From: Candidatus Heimdallarchaeota archaeon
Lineage (GTDB): Archaea; Asgardarchaeota; Heimdallarchaeia; Hodarchaeales; Hodarchaeaceae
Direction: 5' to 3'
Length of the DNA: 41,562 bases
NCBI GenBank assembly: GCA_048881705.1
Contig: JBHLSH010000027.1
Location: 1-41,562, forward strand
In this document: in pieces, positions 8,919-18,734 of the stretch
How positions within the stretch are numbered: the first letter of the stretch is position 1
Layout: each line of letters opens with the position of its first letter
The notes under the pieces: generated by a model
Database searches by the model: none
Told to the model about the DNA's origin: nothing
Seen by the model: the letters and a program-made list of their open reading frames with translations, nothing else
Program-made: the position numbers and the translations under genes

Positions 8919-9932
8919 CTAGTTTTTTGCACTGGTCGATATATAAGTAATCTGAAGGTCCTCGTCTTCAAAGTCAACAGGTTTTGATCGGATGGGATCC
9001 CTAAACCGTATCAAACGTTTAGTGGATCCTGGAATGCTTCCCCGTATGACGCAATGTTTTGCCACTTTGCCATACCGTTTAAAACCACTTACCGGAGTCA
9101 CTTCTTCGCCATCATCACCGATTTTTAGAATCTGTTTATTGTATTCCGTTCTGTTGAAATATCCAAGCTGTCCTGCACGTGGAACAGTCCACATTACTCG
9201 TGCAGGGTGCCATGGACCAATACATGCAACTACTCGTCGTCCTTTTCGGGTTTTTCGAGGTAGGATTTTGATACCGTGTCGCTTAACGGGACCTGCAAAT
9301 CCCTTACCTTTTGTTACAGAGTTAACATCAATGAAATCCCTTGGGCGATAAACGTCTGAGATTTCGATTTGGGTATCCAAAATCTCTATTGCATATTCAA
9401 AGGCGGAATCGACATCACCAGCGACCTTGATTTCTAGGATGTCAGGAGTTTTCTGGGCCAGACCAGCCTCTTTTGGGAGTGTATGAACCAACACTCTTAC
9501 CTCATTTAAGGTGCCCAATTCCTTTTTTACAACCGCAATCCGTTGGTTTTTTTTCATTTGATCTTTAGGTACCTTGATTCTTCGCGCCAGATCCTTGTCA
9601 AGTGTATCACCCCAAATCTGGGCTTTACATTTTATATGATTTGTAATTTCATCATAAGAATAAAGACGAATCGCAAAAACGTTCAAAGGAGGAGTTTCAA
9701 TGACTGTCACAGGAACAAATTGCTCCTGTTTATAAAATGGGGATCTTTTGTTGGCATTTATCATCGCAATGTGAGTCATTCCAGCTTTGTAACCTGCAAA
9801 GCCTAGTAAACGAGGGGTTTCTGTAGTTCTGAACGTTGGCCATGTCCTTATCCGCGATGTATGCCTTTTTGCCCTTTTTCTTCGATAGCCCAGCGATCCA
9901 CGGTGCGGAGCGTGTTTCTTACGATGACCCAT
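8919..9932 (-). CDS. rpl3: 50S ribosomal protein uL3
   Basis: PHRGSLG, GYKAGMTH, TKGKGFAGPVKRHG, IGPWHPARV. Confidence 0.98.
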   Translation of the reverse strand: MGHRKKHAPHRGSLGYRRKRAKRHTSRIRTWPTFRTTETPRLLGFAGYKAGMTHIAMINANKRSPFYKQEQFVPVTVIETPPLNVFAIRLYSYDEITNHIKCKAQIWGDTLDKDLARRIKVPKDQMKKNQRIAVVKKELGTLNEVRVLVHTLPKEAGLAQKTPDILEIKVAGDVDSAFEYAIEILDTQIEISDVYRPRDFIDVNSVTKGKGFAGPVKRHGIKILPRKTRKGRRVVACIGPWHPARVMWTVPRAGQLGYFNRTEYNKQILKIGDDGEEVTPVSGFKRYGKVAKHCVIRGSIPGSTKRLIRFRDPIRSKPVDFEDEDLQITYISTSAKN

Positions 9933-10262
9933 AGGTGATGTCTCCTACTTCTTGTGCTAGCAATGTCCTTAGCAAAATCCTAGTGGTAAAATACCTGGAT
10001 TATTCCGCAAACAACTATTAGATGCTTTTTCATTTCGACTATTAGATGATTTTGTGGATTCAAGTAGGGTATGAGTCCGGAGGGAGTAGGAAAAAATGCC
10101 GTCCTTCCGAGTTTATAAGATTGCTCTTCCTAGCTTAAACTAAAAGCGGGCCTAGTAAGGGCCGTGAGTATCGCAGCACATATAGAGAAAATTCGCTCAA
10201 CCACATATATGGAACAATCCACCCAATCACCAAAAAGGCTAGACTAGTGGAAACTGTTTGAT

Positions 10263-10904
10263 ATGACTCCAGACACAGAGGCACCTGACGAAAACAAATT
10301 GGTGCCAAATCTCTATTATGACAAAACAAAATTACTCTTGACTGTTAATAATCCCGAAGCCCGATATCTTCATGAGAACGGATTTTTTGGTAATTGGATT
10401 TCCGAGAATACGCTCTCATTGGCTCCTGAAGAAACATTACTTCTTTTAGATCGAGGAAGGATAGAAATATTTGATGCAACTTCAGGTCAACGGATAACAT
10501 CATCCGAGCTTGTTACGCATTTCTTAAGTGAAATGGTGGACTTTTGGCCACGATATCTGGTGTATAAAGATCTCCGTAGCCGAGGATATGTGGTGAAAAT
10601 CGGAACACGGGTAACGGCACCATTCCGAATATATTCTCGAGGTGGAAAACCAGGTGAATCAGTAAGCAACGTTTCAGTCTTTCCTCTTGCAGAAGGGAAC
10701 TTCCTAGATCTAGATTTTTTAGATCAAATTGTCTCTCAAGCAAGGATAGATCGAAAAAAGCTCTTACTGTCCGTCATAGATAGATTGGGAGACGTAACAT
10801 ACTATACAGCTTCCCAGCTAGAACTTGAACGAAATGAATTGGAATATGAATATAGGGATGAAGGAGTAGATATTACTCCTGATCTTCCAAAGAGACGAGA
10901 ATAA
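10263..10904 (+). CDS. endA: tRNA splicing endonuclease family subunit, probably structural/non-catalytic
   Basis: LSLAPEETLLL, YLVYKDLRSRGYVVK, FRIYSRG, RKKLLLSVIDRLGDVTYY; the catalytic His position is Val. Confidence 0.88.
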   Translation: MTPDTEAPDENKLVPNLYYDKTKLLLTVNNPEARYLHENGFFGNWISENTLSLAPEETLLLLDRGRIEIFDATSGQRITSSELVTHFLSEMVDFWPRYLVYKDLRSRGYVVKIGTRVTAPFRIYSRGGKPGESVSNVSVFPLAEGNFLDLDFLDQIVSQARIDRKKLLLSVIDRLGDVTYYTASQLELERNELEYEYRDEGVDITPDLPKRRE

Positions 10905-12799
10905 TGGCAGATATATATGAATTTAATTCAGAGTCGGCTACTTATGTTCCTGATACATCTGTCATTATTTCCGGCGAATTTAGAAAGTTCTTAACCGAGA
11001 AAAAAATCGAAACTGGCTCAAAAATCATTATTCATGCTTCATTACTAGCAGAACTGGAATATCAGGCCAACAATGGACGTAAAAGTGGGCTTGCGGGATT
11101 AAACGAAATCAGACGTTTGCGGCGGTTTTGCGATGAATATGACATTCTTTTTGAATATGCCGGCAGAAGGCCTAATGTATCAGAAATCAAACTAGCTAGG
11201 GCTGGGGAAATAGATGCACTAATACGTGATTTTGCTTGGAGAGCAACTGGTATACTAATAACATCAGATAAGATCCAACACTTAAGTACCGAAGCTATAG
11301 GAGGAGAAAGCATTTATCTTCAACCTTCGAAATCAGACCTTGAGAAAACTTTAGGTATAGAACGTTACTTTGATAGTGAAACATTGTCTGTTCACCTAAA
11401 ACAGGGTGCAAAGACCTATGTTAAACGTGGAAAGCCAGGCTATGTCACATTTGAGGCTTTTTCGGACGAAATATGCAGTAAAACGGATTTGAAGGAATAT
11501 GCTGATGAGATCATCCAGAAAGCACAGTTATTCGAAGACGCTTTTATTGAGATAGATCGACCTGGTTCCACAATTGTGCAATACGCCAATATGCGGATTG
11601 TGATTTGTCGTCCCCCTTTTGCTGATGGGTGGGAAATCACAGCAGTGCGTCCCCTTGTCAATCTTACAATCGAAGATTATTCTCTTTCATCAAATCTGAT
11701 GGATAGATTAATAAGAAGGGCCGAGGGAATATTGATCGCAGGCAGTCCTGGAGCAGGAAAAACAACCTTTGCACGAGCTTTAGCCTTATTCTATGAAAGT
11801 CATTCACAGGTCATCAAAACTATTGAATCTCCTCGGGATCTCGATCTGAAAACAGAGATTACTCAATATTCAAAAAACTTCGGTAAACGTACTGAAATCC
11901 AGGACATTCTCCTCCTCTCAAGACCAGATTACACAATATTTGATGAGATACGAGATACCGAAGATTTTAAATTATATAATGACCTTCGATTAGCAGGAAT
12001 CGGACTGGTTGGAGTAATCCATTCGAGTACCGCCATCGATGCTATCCAACGTTTTATCGGACGGCTAGAATTAGGTGTAATTCCCAGTGTTCTTGATACA
12101 ATAATCTATATCAAGGCCGGGATGGTTTCACAAGTTCTCGAAGTCAAAATGACGGTGAAGGTTCCTTCTGGATTGACAGAAAGTGACTTGGCTCGTCCCG
12201 TTGTGGAAGTTCGTGACTTTGAGACAAGCGAATTAGTTTATGAGCTATATACGTTCGGCGAACAGACAGTTGTAATTCCACTGGATGATATTGCTAATAG
12301 AATTGAGGAAATTGATGTTTCCACTCTTCAAGAAATTACCGAAGCAATTGAGCAGCTCACTCAGTACCCTGTTACCATCCATCCCAAGGGCCAGCATGGA
12401 AGGCGGTTTAGGGTTGAATGTGCGATTCAAGATATTCCTGTGGTGATTGGTCGTGGAGGAGAGACTATAAAGATGCTAGAAAAGACATTCGGAGTCAAGC
12501 TGGACATCGATAGAAGTAAATCCAATCCAATTCAGGCCAATTTTGACCAGCCTTCGCTATTACGCTCGAATATGCTAGGTCTCCATAAAAAAACTATCCA
12601 ACTGCGGTTTCCAAAGAAGATGAAGAATAAAGAGATTCAATTCCTACTTGAAAGGCCAAATGGAACCTTGAAACCATTCTATATGGCCACAACTGGAAGA
12701 TCAGGGAAAATTAAGCTCTCTTCAACAAGTGAGGAAGGTCAGCTTTTCAGAGATAGCGTTGAACCCGAGGGGCAACGAATCTTCTGGAAAGTGATCTAA
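10904..12799 (+). CDS. pinA: PINA-type PIN-domain/ATPase/KH protein (Holliday-junction branch migration)
   Basis: N-terminal PIN (VPDTSVII), Walker A GSPGAGKTT, DEIRD, KH motif VIGRGGETIK. Confidence 0.9.
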   Translation: MADIYEFNSESATYVPDTSVIISGEFRKFLTEKKIETGSKIIIHASLLAELEYQANNGRKSGLAGLNEIRRLRRFCDEYDILFEYAGRRPNVSEIKLARAGEIDALIRDFAWRATGILITSDKIQHLSTEAIGGESIYLQPSKSDLEKTLGIERYFDSETLSVHLKQGAKTYVKRGKPGYVTFEAFSDEICSKTDLKEYADEIIQKAQLFEDAFIEIDRPGSTIVQYANMRIVICRPPFADGWEITAVRPLVNLTIEDYSLSSNLMDRLIRRAEGILIAGSPGAGKTTFARALALFYESHSQVIKTIESPRDLDLKTEITQYSKNFGKRTEIQDILLLSRPDYTIFDEIRDTEDFKLYNDLRLAGIGLVGVIHSSTAIDAIQRFIGRLELGVIPSVLDTIIYIKAGMVSQVLEVKMTVKVPSGLTESDLARPVVEVRDFETSELVYELYTFGEQTVVIPLDDIANRIEEIDVSTLQEITEAIEQLTQYPVTIHPKGQHGRRFRVECAIQDIPVVIGRGGETIKMLEKTFGVKLDIDRSKSNPIQANFDQPSLLRSNMLGLHKKTIQLRFPKKMKNKEIQFLLERPNGTLKPFYMATTGRSGKIKLSSTSEEGQLFRDSVEPEGQRIFWKVI

Positions 12800-12882
12800 C
12801 AAAGGACGAAATTCTCAATTTCTGTTAAACTCGAATCTGAAATCCCGAAAGAAAAAAAGAGGAAGGTAAAGATCTGAAGATT

Positions 12883-14568
12883 CTATTCTTCCTTAAAAAT
12901 CTCGCGTAATCGTCTTAATTCACTGAGCATTTCTCCACGTAATTCTGCAATGGAAGTGGAACGCGCATCAGCGATTAGATCCAAGGGAGATTGATCCGAT
13001 ACAGGGGGAGCGGGTGTACTTGGTGCTGGAGGGGGAGTTGGAATAGAAGGTGTCGGAGCTGGTGTAGCTGGCGGAATGGAAGAGGAAGGCGTTGGAGGAG
13101 GCATCCTAGGAGTGGGTTGCGCTGCAGCTGGCCCAGGTTCATCGCTTAACACTGTTTCAATAGCGGTCGCCCGTTCTCCAAGTGCACTATCAAAAACGGC
13201 GGCCCTACTAGTTGCTTTATCTCCCAACTGCCTCCTTAGCCTTGATAGTCGGGATCGAACCACTTCGTCTCTGGTTTGGATCTGTTTAACCAAGGCCTCA
13301 TATACACGGGGGCGAAATTGATCCTTCCGTGCGGCTTCTTTGAAGTTTGCAACCAAGATTTTATTGGATTCAGTTACCAATTCAAGATACGTCCTTATCT
13401 CGCTGGGCGTTGCCTTAACACCTGGAAGAGAATCCAACGCTGGGCCAATCGACGGAGTGGTACCTCCAAAATGCTCAGTCTCGAAAAATATAATTGAACC
13501 CAGAAAAATTACGGCAATTAAGGTCATAACAGTTCCGTTTATGAAAAACACATCCCAGGTCATACCTTGGATTGTGTTGTCTAGAATTGACTGGCCTCCC
13601 AGGATAGCAGAAACCTCGGGTGAACCAGGTAGCACCTGAATGGCTGCGATCACTACCTGAATAACTCCTAGTAGAAGGATGAACAAGAATACGTACCTGA
13701 ATTTTTGAATAAAACCTTGGGCCTGCGGCGAGCTGCTGATTAGAAGCATTCCTAGGAAAAGGAATACGGCTCCAAAGCCTAGGAAAGCCCAATAACCAAA
13801 GCCAGTAACGATTTCCAAAGGTAAAATCCCAAGACCTAGAAAATCATCTAAGAACCCAATACTAGGGATGATATAGAGTATTACTCCTATAAGCGCCATG
13901 AGAAACCATAGGAATCGTAGAGTGTGCATCCTATCTCGAAATTCAGGGCTACCGCTGATAATCATAGGAAGAAGCCCCAAAAGCATTACGATAGTTCCAT
14001 AGAGGTAGAAATTCAGCCACATTGATACATCCAGATCAATAGAATCCGTTAATCCAAGGCTCATAAAATCATCGAGTTTGGTAACCAGACTAACAATTAC
14101 CAATAGGAAACCAATGAGAAAAATGAGCAGATAGACGAATTTCAGCCTCCAAATTCGCCAGCGGTCCTGGGCACTGAGCAAAAGCGTTGCAAATGCAAAA
14201 GTAGCAAAAATGGCTCCAAAATAATAATATTCCTTCCAGTCATGACGTGGATCCAAAGGAGTGAGAAAATTCGGAGTTAATAATGAATAAACCAATATCA
14301 ATAATCCTAATCCAAAAAGAAGTAGTAAATGAACATAAATTTGCCTTACAGAATTTTTTCCACCAGTATCAAGAGACACGAGAGCAGGGTAATATCCCAG
14401 TGCCAAAAAGAAGCCAAATACTACTAGATAACTGTAATCAAAGCCATAAAAAACACGAGGTGTCCCACCCATGCCGGTCCAGTATAATAGACCAAGCGCC
14501 ATGAGAAAAACACCCAGGCTGGCCAGAGTAACCAAAAGCTTTTGCGATCTTATAACAATCTGTCGCAT
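12883..14568 (-). CDS. Multi-pass membrane protein with cytoplasmic coiled region, Pro-rich linker and C-terminal amphipathic helix
   Basis: Roughly 10-11 hydrophobic segments, then a helical domain, PRMPPPTPSSSIPPATPAPTPSIPTPPPAPSTPAPP, and the tail SIAELRGEMLSELRRLREIFKEE. Confidence 0.8.
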   Translation of the reverse strand: MRQIVIRSQKLLVTLASLGVFLMALGLLYWTGMGGTPRVFYGFDYSYLVVFGFFLALGYYPALVSLDTGGKNSVRQIYVHLLLLFGLGLLILVYSLLTPNFLTPLDPRHDWKEYYYFGAIFATFAFATLLLSAQDRWRIWRLKFVYLLIFLIGFLLVIVSLVTKLDDFMSLGLTDSIDLDVSMWLNFYLYGTIVMLLGLLPMIISGSPEFRDRMHTLRFLWFLMALIGVILYIIPSIGFLDDFLGLGILPLEIVTGFGYWAFLGFGAVFLFLGMLLISSSPQAQGFIQKFRYVFLFILLLGVIQVVIAAIQVLPGSPEVSAILGGQSILDNTIQGMTWDVFFINGTVMTLIAVIFLGSIIFFETEHFGGTTPSIGPALDSLPGVKATPSEIRTYLELVTESNKILVANFKEAARKDQFRPRVYEALVKQIQTRDEVVRSRLSRLRRQLGDKATSRAAVFDSALGERATAIETVLSDEPGPAAAQPTPRMPPPTPSSSIPPATPAPTPSIPTPPPAPSTPAPPVSDQSPLDLIADARSTSIAELRGEMLSELRRLREIFKEE

Positions 14569-15017
14569 TAGAATTCCTCACATAACATATGGCCGCATTT
14601 TATGAATATTTAAAAAACCTAAGGGGCACGTCCATAAATCAGGTTCTAGTTCAGCTATGTTAGTGAGCTCCCAATTAAAGTTTTCCCATTAATAGTGGTC
14701 TCTATGTTAACCTCAATAAGGGGCAACCGAGATAAGTGCGCTAAGTGATCACTAGATGACGGTATCTTATCAAATACCCGACAATGATAGATAAGATCCT
14801 TAACCCATCTGTTGCCTAGTTCGCCGAAGATCTTCAAGTTTAAAGATGTCGCAACGGGATTACGGTGACCGGAGATTGTCCTGTAACGAAACTTATAAGC
14901 GTTCAAGAACTTAAACCTATTGCCTTAAACATCCAAAATCTAAAATCCAAAGGGTTGGTTTGTGCCAGCCAGTATAAAGCAAGAAAAAAAGATGCAAAAT
15001 CTAGTGTTACGCCTATT

Positions 15018-15132
15018 GCCGAGATATTCTAGCCCGGTAGGAAGCATGCCTGGAAAGCATGTGTGCTTTGCACTCGTGGGTTCAAAAGCGGAGAAACAGT
15101 TGGTTCTGTTGCTGGATTTCCCACTCTCGGCG
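15018..15132 (+). tRNA. tRNA-Ser(GGA) with 32-nt non-canonical T-loop intron at 59/60 (15087-15118)
   Basis: GCCGAGA/TCTCGGC-G acceptor, CATGC/GCATG stem with CT-GGA-AA loop, long variable arm GTGC-TTT-GCAC, GTGGG TTCAAA|intron|T CCCAC; lies upstream of rps13 as in other archaea. Confidence 0.92.
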
Positions 15133-15454
15133 TTTACCACCATCCTAGATTGCATAACTAGTTTAATCTTTTATAGTTAGCATGACTGAGATGGAGGGTG
15201 TTATGTGCTTAAGGCACGGAAATATTGCCAAGATACTGCGAGCCCTCGAGATGCTCGATTACAGAGGGAGAGAGTTTTTTGCTAGGAGGTTTTTTGCCCC
15301 CATCCTTCATGGTTTGATATTCTCCCGAAACACGCTACCCTCAAGAAATGAAAATATAAAAGAATCACATGATTCCCCTCTTGGTAAGAGGAAATTTCGC
15401 TGTCCAGCCCTATCATGGCACAATTTTAACAATTGAATAGCAGGATGAAAGAAC

Positions 15455-15907
15455 TTGGAGTATAACCATCAACTTCGGATTGTGGGCACTGATTGCCCAG
15501 GTGATTGGTTGATTAGCCGAGCTTTAACAAAAATAAGAGGCGTTGGTTATCGATTGGCAATCCAGATCTGTGAAAAGGCCGAAATAGATCCAGATATGCG
15601 TTGCGGATTCCTCACCGATGATGAGGTTCAATTAATAGAAGATATTATGGCTTCGATTGAACAATGGGGCGTTCCAATATGGATGCTTAATCGTCAAAAG
15701 GATCTTGTGACTGGTGAGGATCTTCATTTGGTGGGTACTGATTTAATAGATTCACTCCGAGTTGACGTCGAACGAGAAAAGAAAACACGCTCCTGGCGCG
15801 GAATACGGCATTATTTAGGGCTACCTGTGCGCGGACAACGGACGAAAACATCCGGCCGTAAAGGCGCTACTATTGGAGTCACTCGAAAGAAAAGAATGCA
15901 ACCGTAA
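15455..15907 (+). CDS. rps13: 30S ribosomal protein uS13
   Basis: LTKIRGVG, WMLNRQKD..TGED.H, SWRGIRHYLGLPVRGQRTKT. Confidence 0.98.
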   Translation: MEYNHQLRIVGTDCPGDWLISRALTKIRGVGYRLAIQICEKAEIDPDMRCGFLTDDEVQLIEDIMASIEQWGVPIWMLNRQKDLVTGEDLHLVGTDLIDSLRVDVEREKKTRSWRGIRHYLGLPVRGQRTKTSGRKGATIGVTRKKRMQP

Positions 15908-15920
15908 CGGTGATGAGAAG

Positions 15921-16460
15921 TTGGGTGATCCTAGAAGATTACGAAAAAAATACGTTGGACCGCGTCATCCATTTAGTAAAATCAGATTTGAGGAAGAGAT
16001 CAAGTATATCGGGATCTATGGTCTTCGTAACAAGAAAGAGATATGGAAGGCCCAAACAACCTTGCGTAAGTACAGATCTCGTGGTCGCAAATCTCTCGCC
16101 TTACCAGAACAACAGCGTGAAAAAGAGAGAGAAATCCTTGTTCAAAAACTGTATAAATTGGGCATCATGCCTGTAGAGGATGGATTAATAGATGAAGTTC
16201 TCTCTTTGTCCGTGGAACGCATTTTGGAACGTAGATTACAGTCCGTTGTACACGAACTGGGTCTTGCCAAAACACCTTGGATGGCTCGACAACTTATTGT
16301 ACATGGCCATGTTGCCATCGGAGACAGGAAAGTTACCTCGCCGAGCTACCATGTTAAACGCGGGGAAGAAGAACTGATTGCATATTCGCCAGACTCACCT
16401 TTCAATGACCCTTCCCATCCTGCCCTTACTCTGCCGACATCAGAGGGAAGATCTGGATAA
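15921..16460 (+). CDS. rps4: 30S ribosomal protein uS4
   Basis: TTG-GDPRRLRKKY, YGLRNKKE, LERRLQ, ARQLIVHGHV; GGTGA SD-like site upstream. Confidence 0.97.
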   Translation: MGDPRRLRKKYVGPRHPFSKIRFEEEIKYIGIYGLRNKKEIWKAQTTLRKYRSRGRKSLALPEQQREKEREILVQKLYKLGIMPVEDGLIDEVLSLSVERILERRLQSVVHELGLAKTPWMARQLIVHGHVAIGDRKVTSPSYHVKRGEEELIAYSPDSPFNDPSHPALTLPTSEGRSG

Positions 16461-16488
16461 ACACTTATGACTATGGAGACGAAAAATT

Positions 16489-16890
16489 ATGTCCAAAAAT
16501 GTAAAAGGGCCAATGCAAGCCATTGCCCATATCCTGAGCTCTTATAACAACACCATAATCACCCTTACTGATATGACTGGCGCAGAAACCATTGCCAAGT
16601 CCTCTGGAGGACAAGTAGTTCGAGCAGACAGGAATCAATCCTCACCTTATGCTGCTATGAAAGTCGGGCATACCATTGCCCGTGTTGCTAAGGAAAAGGG
16701 AATTCAACAGATTGTGGTTAAGGTACGGGCTCCAGGTGGTTCTGGTGCTCGAAATCCTGGCCCTGGAGCTCAGGCTGCCATCAGAGCCTTGGCCAGGTCA
16801 GGCCTACATATTACTCGCATCGAAGAGGTCACACCCATCCCCCACGATAGTACTCGCCAGCGGGGTGGGCGTCGGGGTCGAAGAGTTTAA
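16489..16890 (+). CDS. rps11: 30S ribosomal protein uS11
   Basis: [48 protein letters not shown]. Confidence 0.98.
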   Translation: MSKNVKGPMQAIAHILSSYNNTIITLTDMTGAETIAKSSGGQVVRADRNQSSPYAAMKVGHTIARVAKEKGIQQIVVKVRAPGGSGARNPGPGAQAAIRALARSGLHITRIEEVTPIPHDSTRQRGGRRGRRV

Positions 16891-16919
16891 TTTCATAAGT
16901 TTCCCTGAAATCATAGGAT

Positions 16920-17921
16920 CTAAAGGACTATGTTCCGAGCTCGCCCCCATAAAGATGGATAACTATAAGGCCGCATAAAAACGGTTCGAGGGCGAGCACA
17001 AATGCCAGTTGAGCCGTTTAAGATTTCTTTGGTGCTCATCGTGCCTTGGGCAAAAGCAACTAACTCTCCCTTCATTGTCATTATAGCAATCATAGTTTTG
17101 TCAGAAATCCCATTTGTTACACGGACCACACCAGGAAGCGTCAGCGCTGCGCCGTGACAAATCGCATCAACCGCGGAATCACGAATAAAAAGTTTGGGAA
17201 GGCTAGAACAAAGAATCTCAGCTGGTTGTACAAATTTGCGGATTAGGGTTTCATCGCCTTCCATCTTGTAATAATACCATGCATCTCTGAGATCATCCAA
17301 TGTGACACATGTCGTCTCTGTGAACACCCCTGTTTGTGTTCTTCGAAGTTCAGCCATATGAGCTCCAGTGCCAAGAACCAGACCAACATCATAGCATAAC
17401 TTGCGAATATAGGTACCTGCTTCACATTTCACACGAAGTAGCCATAACTGGTTTGAAGGATCGTTTTCGATAAAATCTAGCTCGTAAATCTGCCGGACAC
17501 GCAATCTTCGTTTAACATTACTCCTTAGCGGAGGAGTTTGATATATCTTACCTCTGAAATCATCTATGACAGTAGCTAGTTGGATCTTAGAAATCGGTTC
17601 ATGAGTTTTTAAAACGCAAATGTATTCTTTACCTGAAAGTAGTAAAACCTGGAGAGCTCGCGTTGCACGTTCAAGAGCTACAGGTAGGCATCCAGTGACT
17701 GAGGGATCTAAGGTTCCCCCATGTCCCGCCTTTTTTAGACCAAGGATCTGCTTTACCCAGGCAGTTACTTCATGAGAAGTTGGATTGGCTGGCTTGTCGA
17801 TATTTATAATTCCTAAATCTAAAAGTTCGGGAATCGACCTTTCCTGAGGCGTTATTCCAAATGATGGGTCTGTTTCATATTCCTTAACCTTCTCATACAG
17901 AACCCGAGGATGAGGATCCAT
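16920..17921 (-). CDS. cbf5: H/ACA pseudouridine synthase Cbf5
   Basis: INIDKPANPTSHEV, GHGGTLDP, CEAGTYIRKLC, ELRRTQTG, C-terminal PUA domain. Confidence 0.97.
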   Translation of the reverse strand: MDPHPRVLYEKVKEYETDPSFGITPQERSIPELLDLGIINIDKPANPTSHEVTAWVKQILGLKKAGHGGTLDPSVTGCLPVALERATRALQVLLLSGKEYICVLKTHEPISKIQLATVIDDFRGKIYQTPPLRSNVKRRLRVRQIYELDFIENDPSNQLWLLRVKCEAGTYIRKLCYDVGLVLGTGAHMAELRRTQTGVFTETTCVTLDDLRDAWYYYKMEGDETLIRKFVQPAEILCSSLPKLFIRDSAVDAICHGAALTLPGVVRVTNGISDKTMIAIMTMKGELVAFAQGTMSTKEILNGSTGICARPRTVFMRPYSYPSLWGRARNIVL

Positions 17922-18085
17922 TATCTATCCCGTAATTTGGGCTTATAACCAGGCGGCCGTCAATTATAAAGCAAGACAGCATCGAGTGAGAGGAATTAAG
18001 AACGAAAGAAAACAGTTTCCGTCTTCTAGAACTAAAGCAAATGAAAAAGAGTTAAATTTTGTGTACGAGGAAATGTGCGCTTTAT

Positions 18086-18376
18086 TCAGGCCAGAGAGAG
18101 TGGTTGTTTGATTTCGTCTGCAATATTTGCTTTTTCGATCGCTGTTCCAATTTCCTCGTCTTTGGCTCCCCTTTTGATTTTCACAATGATGTCTAACGGC
18201 CGCAAATGCTTGATGTTACATCTTCGTCGTTTAACAGTCGAAACTCCACCTCCAGAGATCAAAACAAAATTCTTGTCAACCAAATCGACAATTACACCCT
18301 TCTGTAAAGCTTCACGGCCAGCAGTTTTCACTACGACTCTACCAACTTCAATTGCAGCCATTATCTTTACCTTCAA
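18086..18376 (-). CDS. rpl14e: 50S ribosomal protein eL14
   Basis: IEVGRVVVKTAGREA, VKRRRCNIKHL; next to cbf5 as in other archaea. Confidence 0.95.
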   Translation of the reverse strand: MKVKIMAAIEVGRVVVKTAGREALQKGVIVDLVDKNFVLISGGGVSTVKRRRCNIKHLRPLDIIVKIKRGAKDEEIGTAIEKANIADEIKQPLSLA

Positions 18377-18579
18377 TAAATTATATTCCCAGATTGGGGT
18401 TTTTTGATGCAGAAACAGTTGAAATATACTGCATCAACGGCGGAATGTTGACTTATTCTTCATACGTCCGGTTTTTCCCTGATTTGACCTTGGTTTTTAA
18501 CTTTCACGCATTCTTAAAACAAAAAAAGTTCAGACTTTTAATACAAATTCTCGTATCAAAAAATCCTCTGAGAGACCTC

Positions 18580-18587
18580 TTATAAAA
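18580..18587 (+). promoter_or_regulatory. Putative TATA box of tRNA-Thr
   Basis: TTATAAAA about 27-34 nt upstream of the tRNA 5' end. Confidence 0.5.
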
Positions 18588-18613
18588 TCACCTACAGTTC
18601 CCGGTCATTGTAG

Positions 18614-18708
18614 GCCGCTGTGGCTTAGCTGGTAGAGCGACAGACTCGTATGGTTCTACTCGAATCCGAAAGATCTGTTGGTCGGGGGTTCAAGTCCCCC
18701 CAGCGGCT
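18614..18708 (+). tRNA. tRNA-Thr(CGT) with 22-nt intron at 37/38 (18651-18672)
   Basis: GCCGCTG/CAGCGGC-T acceptor, ACAGA/TCTGT stem, CT-CGT-A, GGGGG TTCAAGT CCCCC; relaxed BHB. Confidence 0.94.
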
Positions 18709-18734
18709 TTCCATTTCTCTCGGGCGAGGGATAC

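Noticed and set aside
9994-10050. Short direct repeat ACTATTAGATG occurring twice upstream of rpl3
   Set aside because: Two copies of 11 nt only; not a CRISPR array or mobile-element end, and function cannot be supported
14940-15180. ORF-track ORFs 14940-15155(-) and 14962-15180(+)
   Set aside because: They overlap the tRNA-Ser(GGA) gene and have no recognisable protein features
14655-15436. ORFs 14655-14906(-) and 15182-15436(+) in the long intergenic region
   Set aside because: No motifs or clear translation signals recognised; cannot be supported without a homology search
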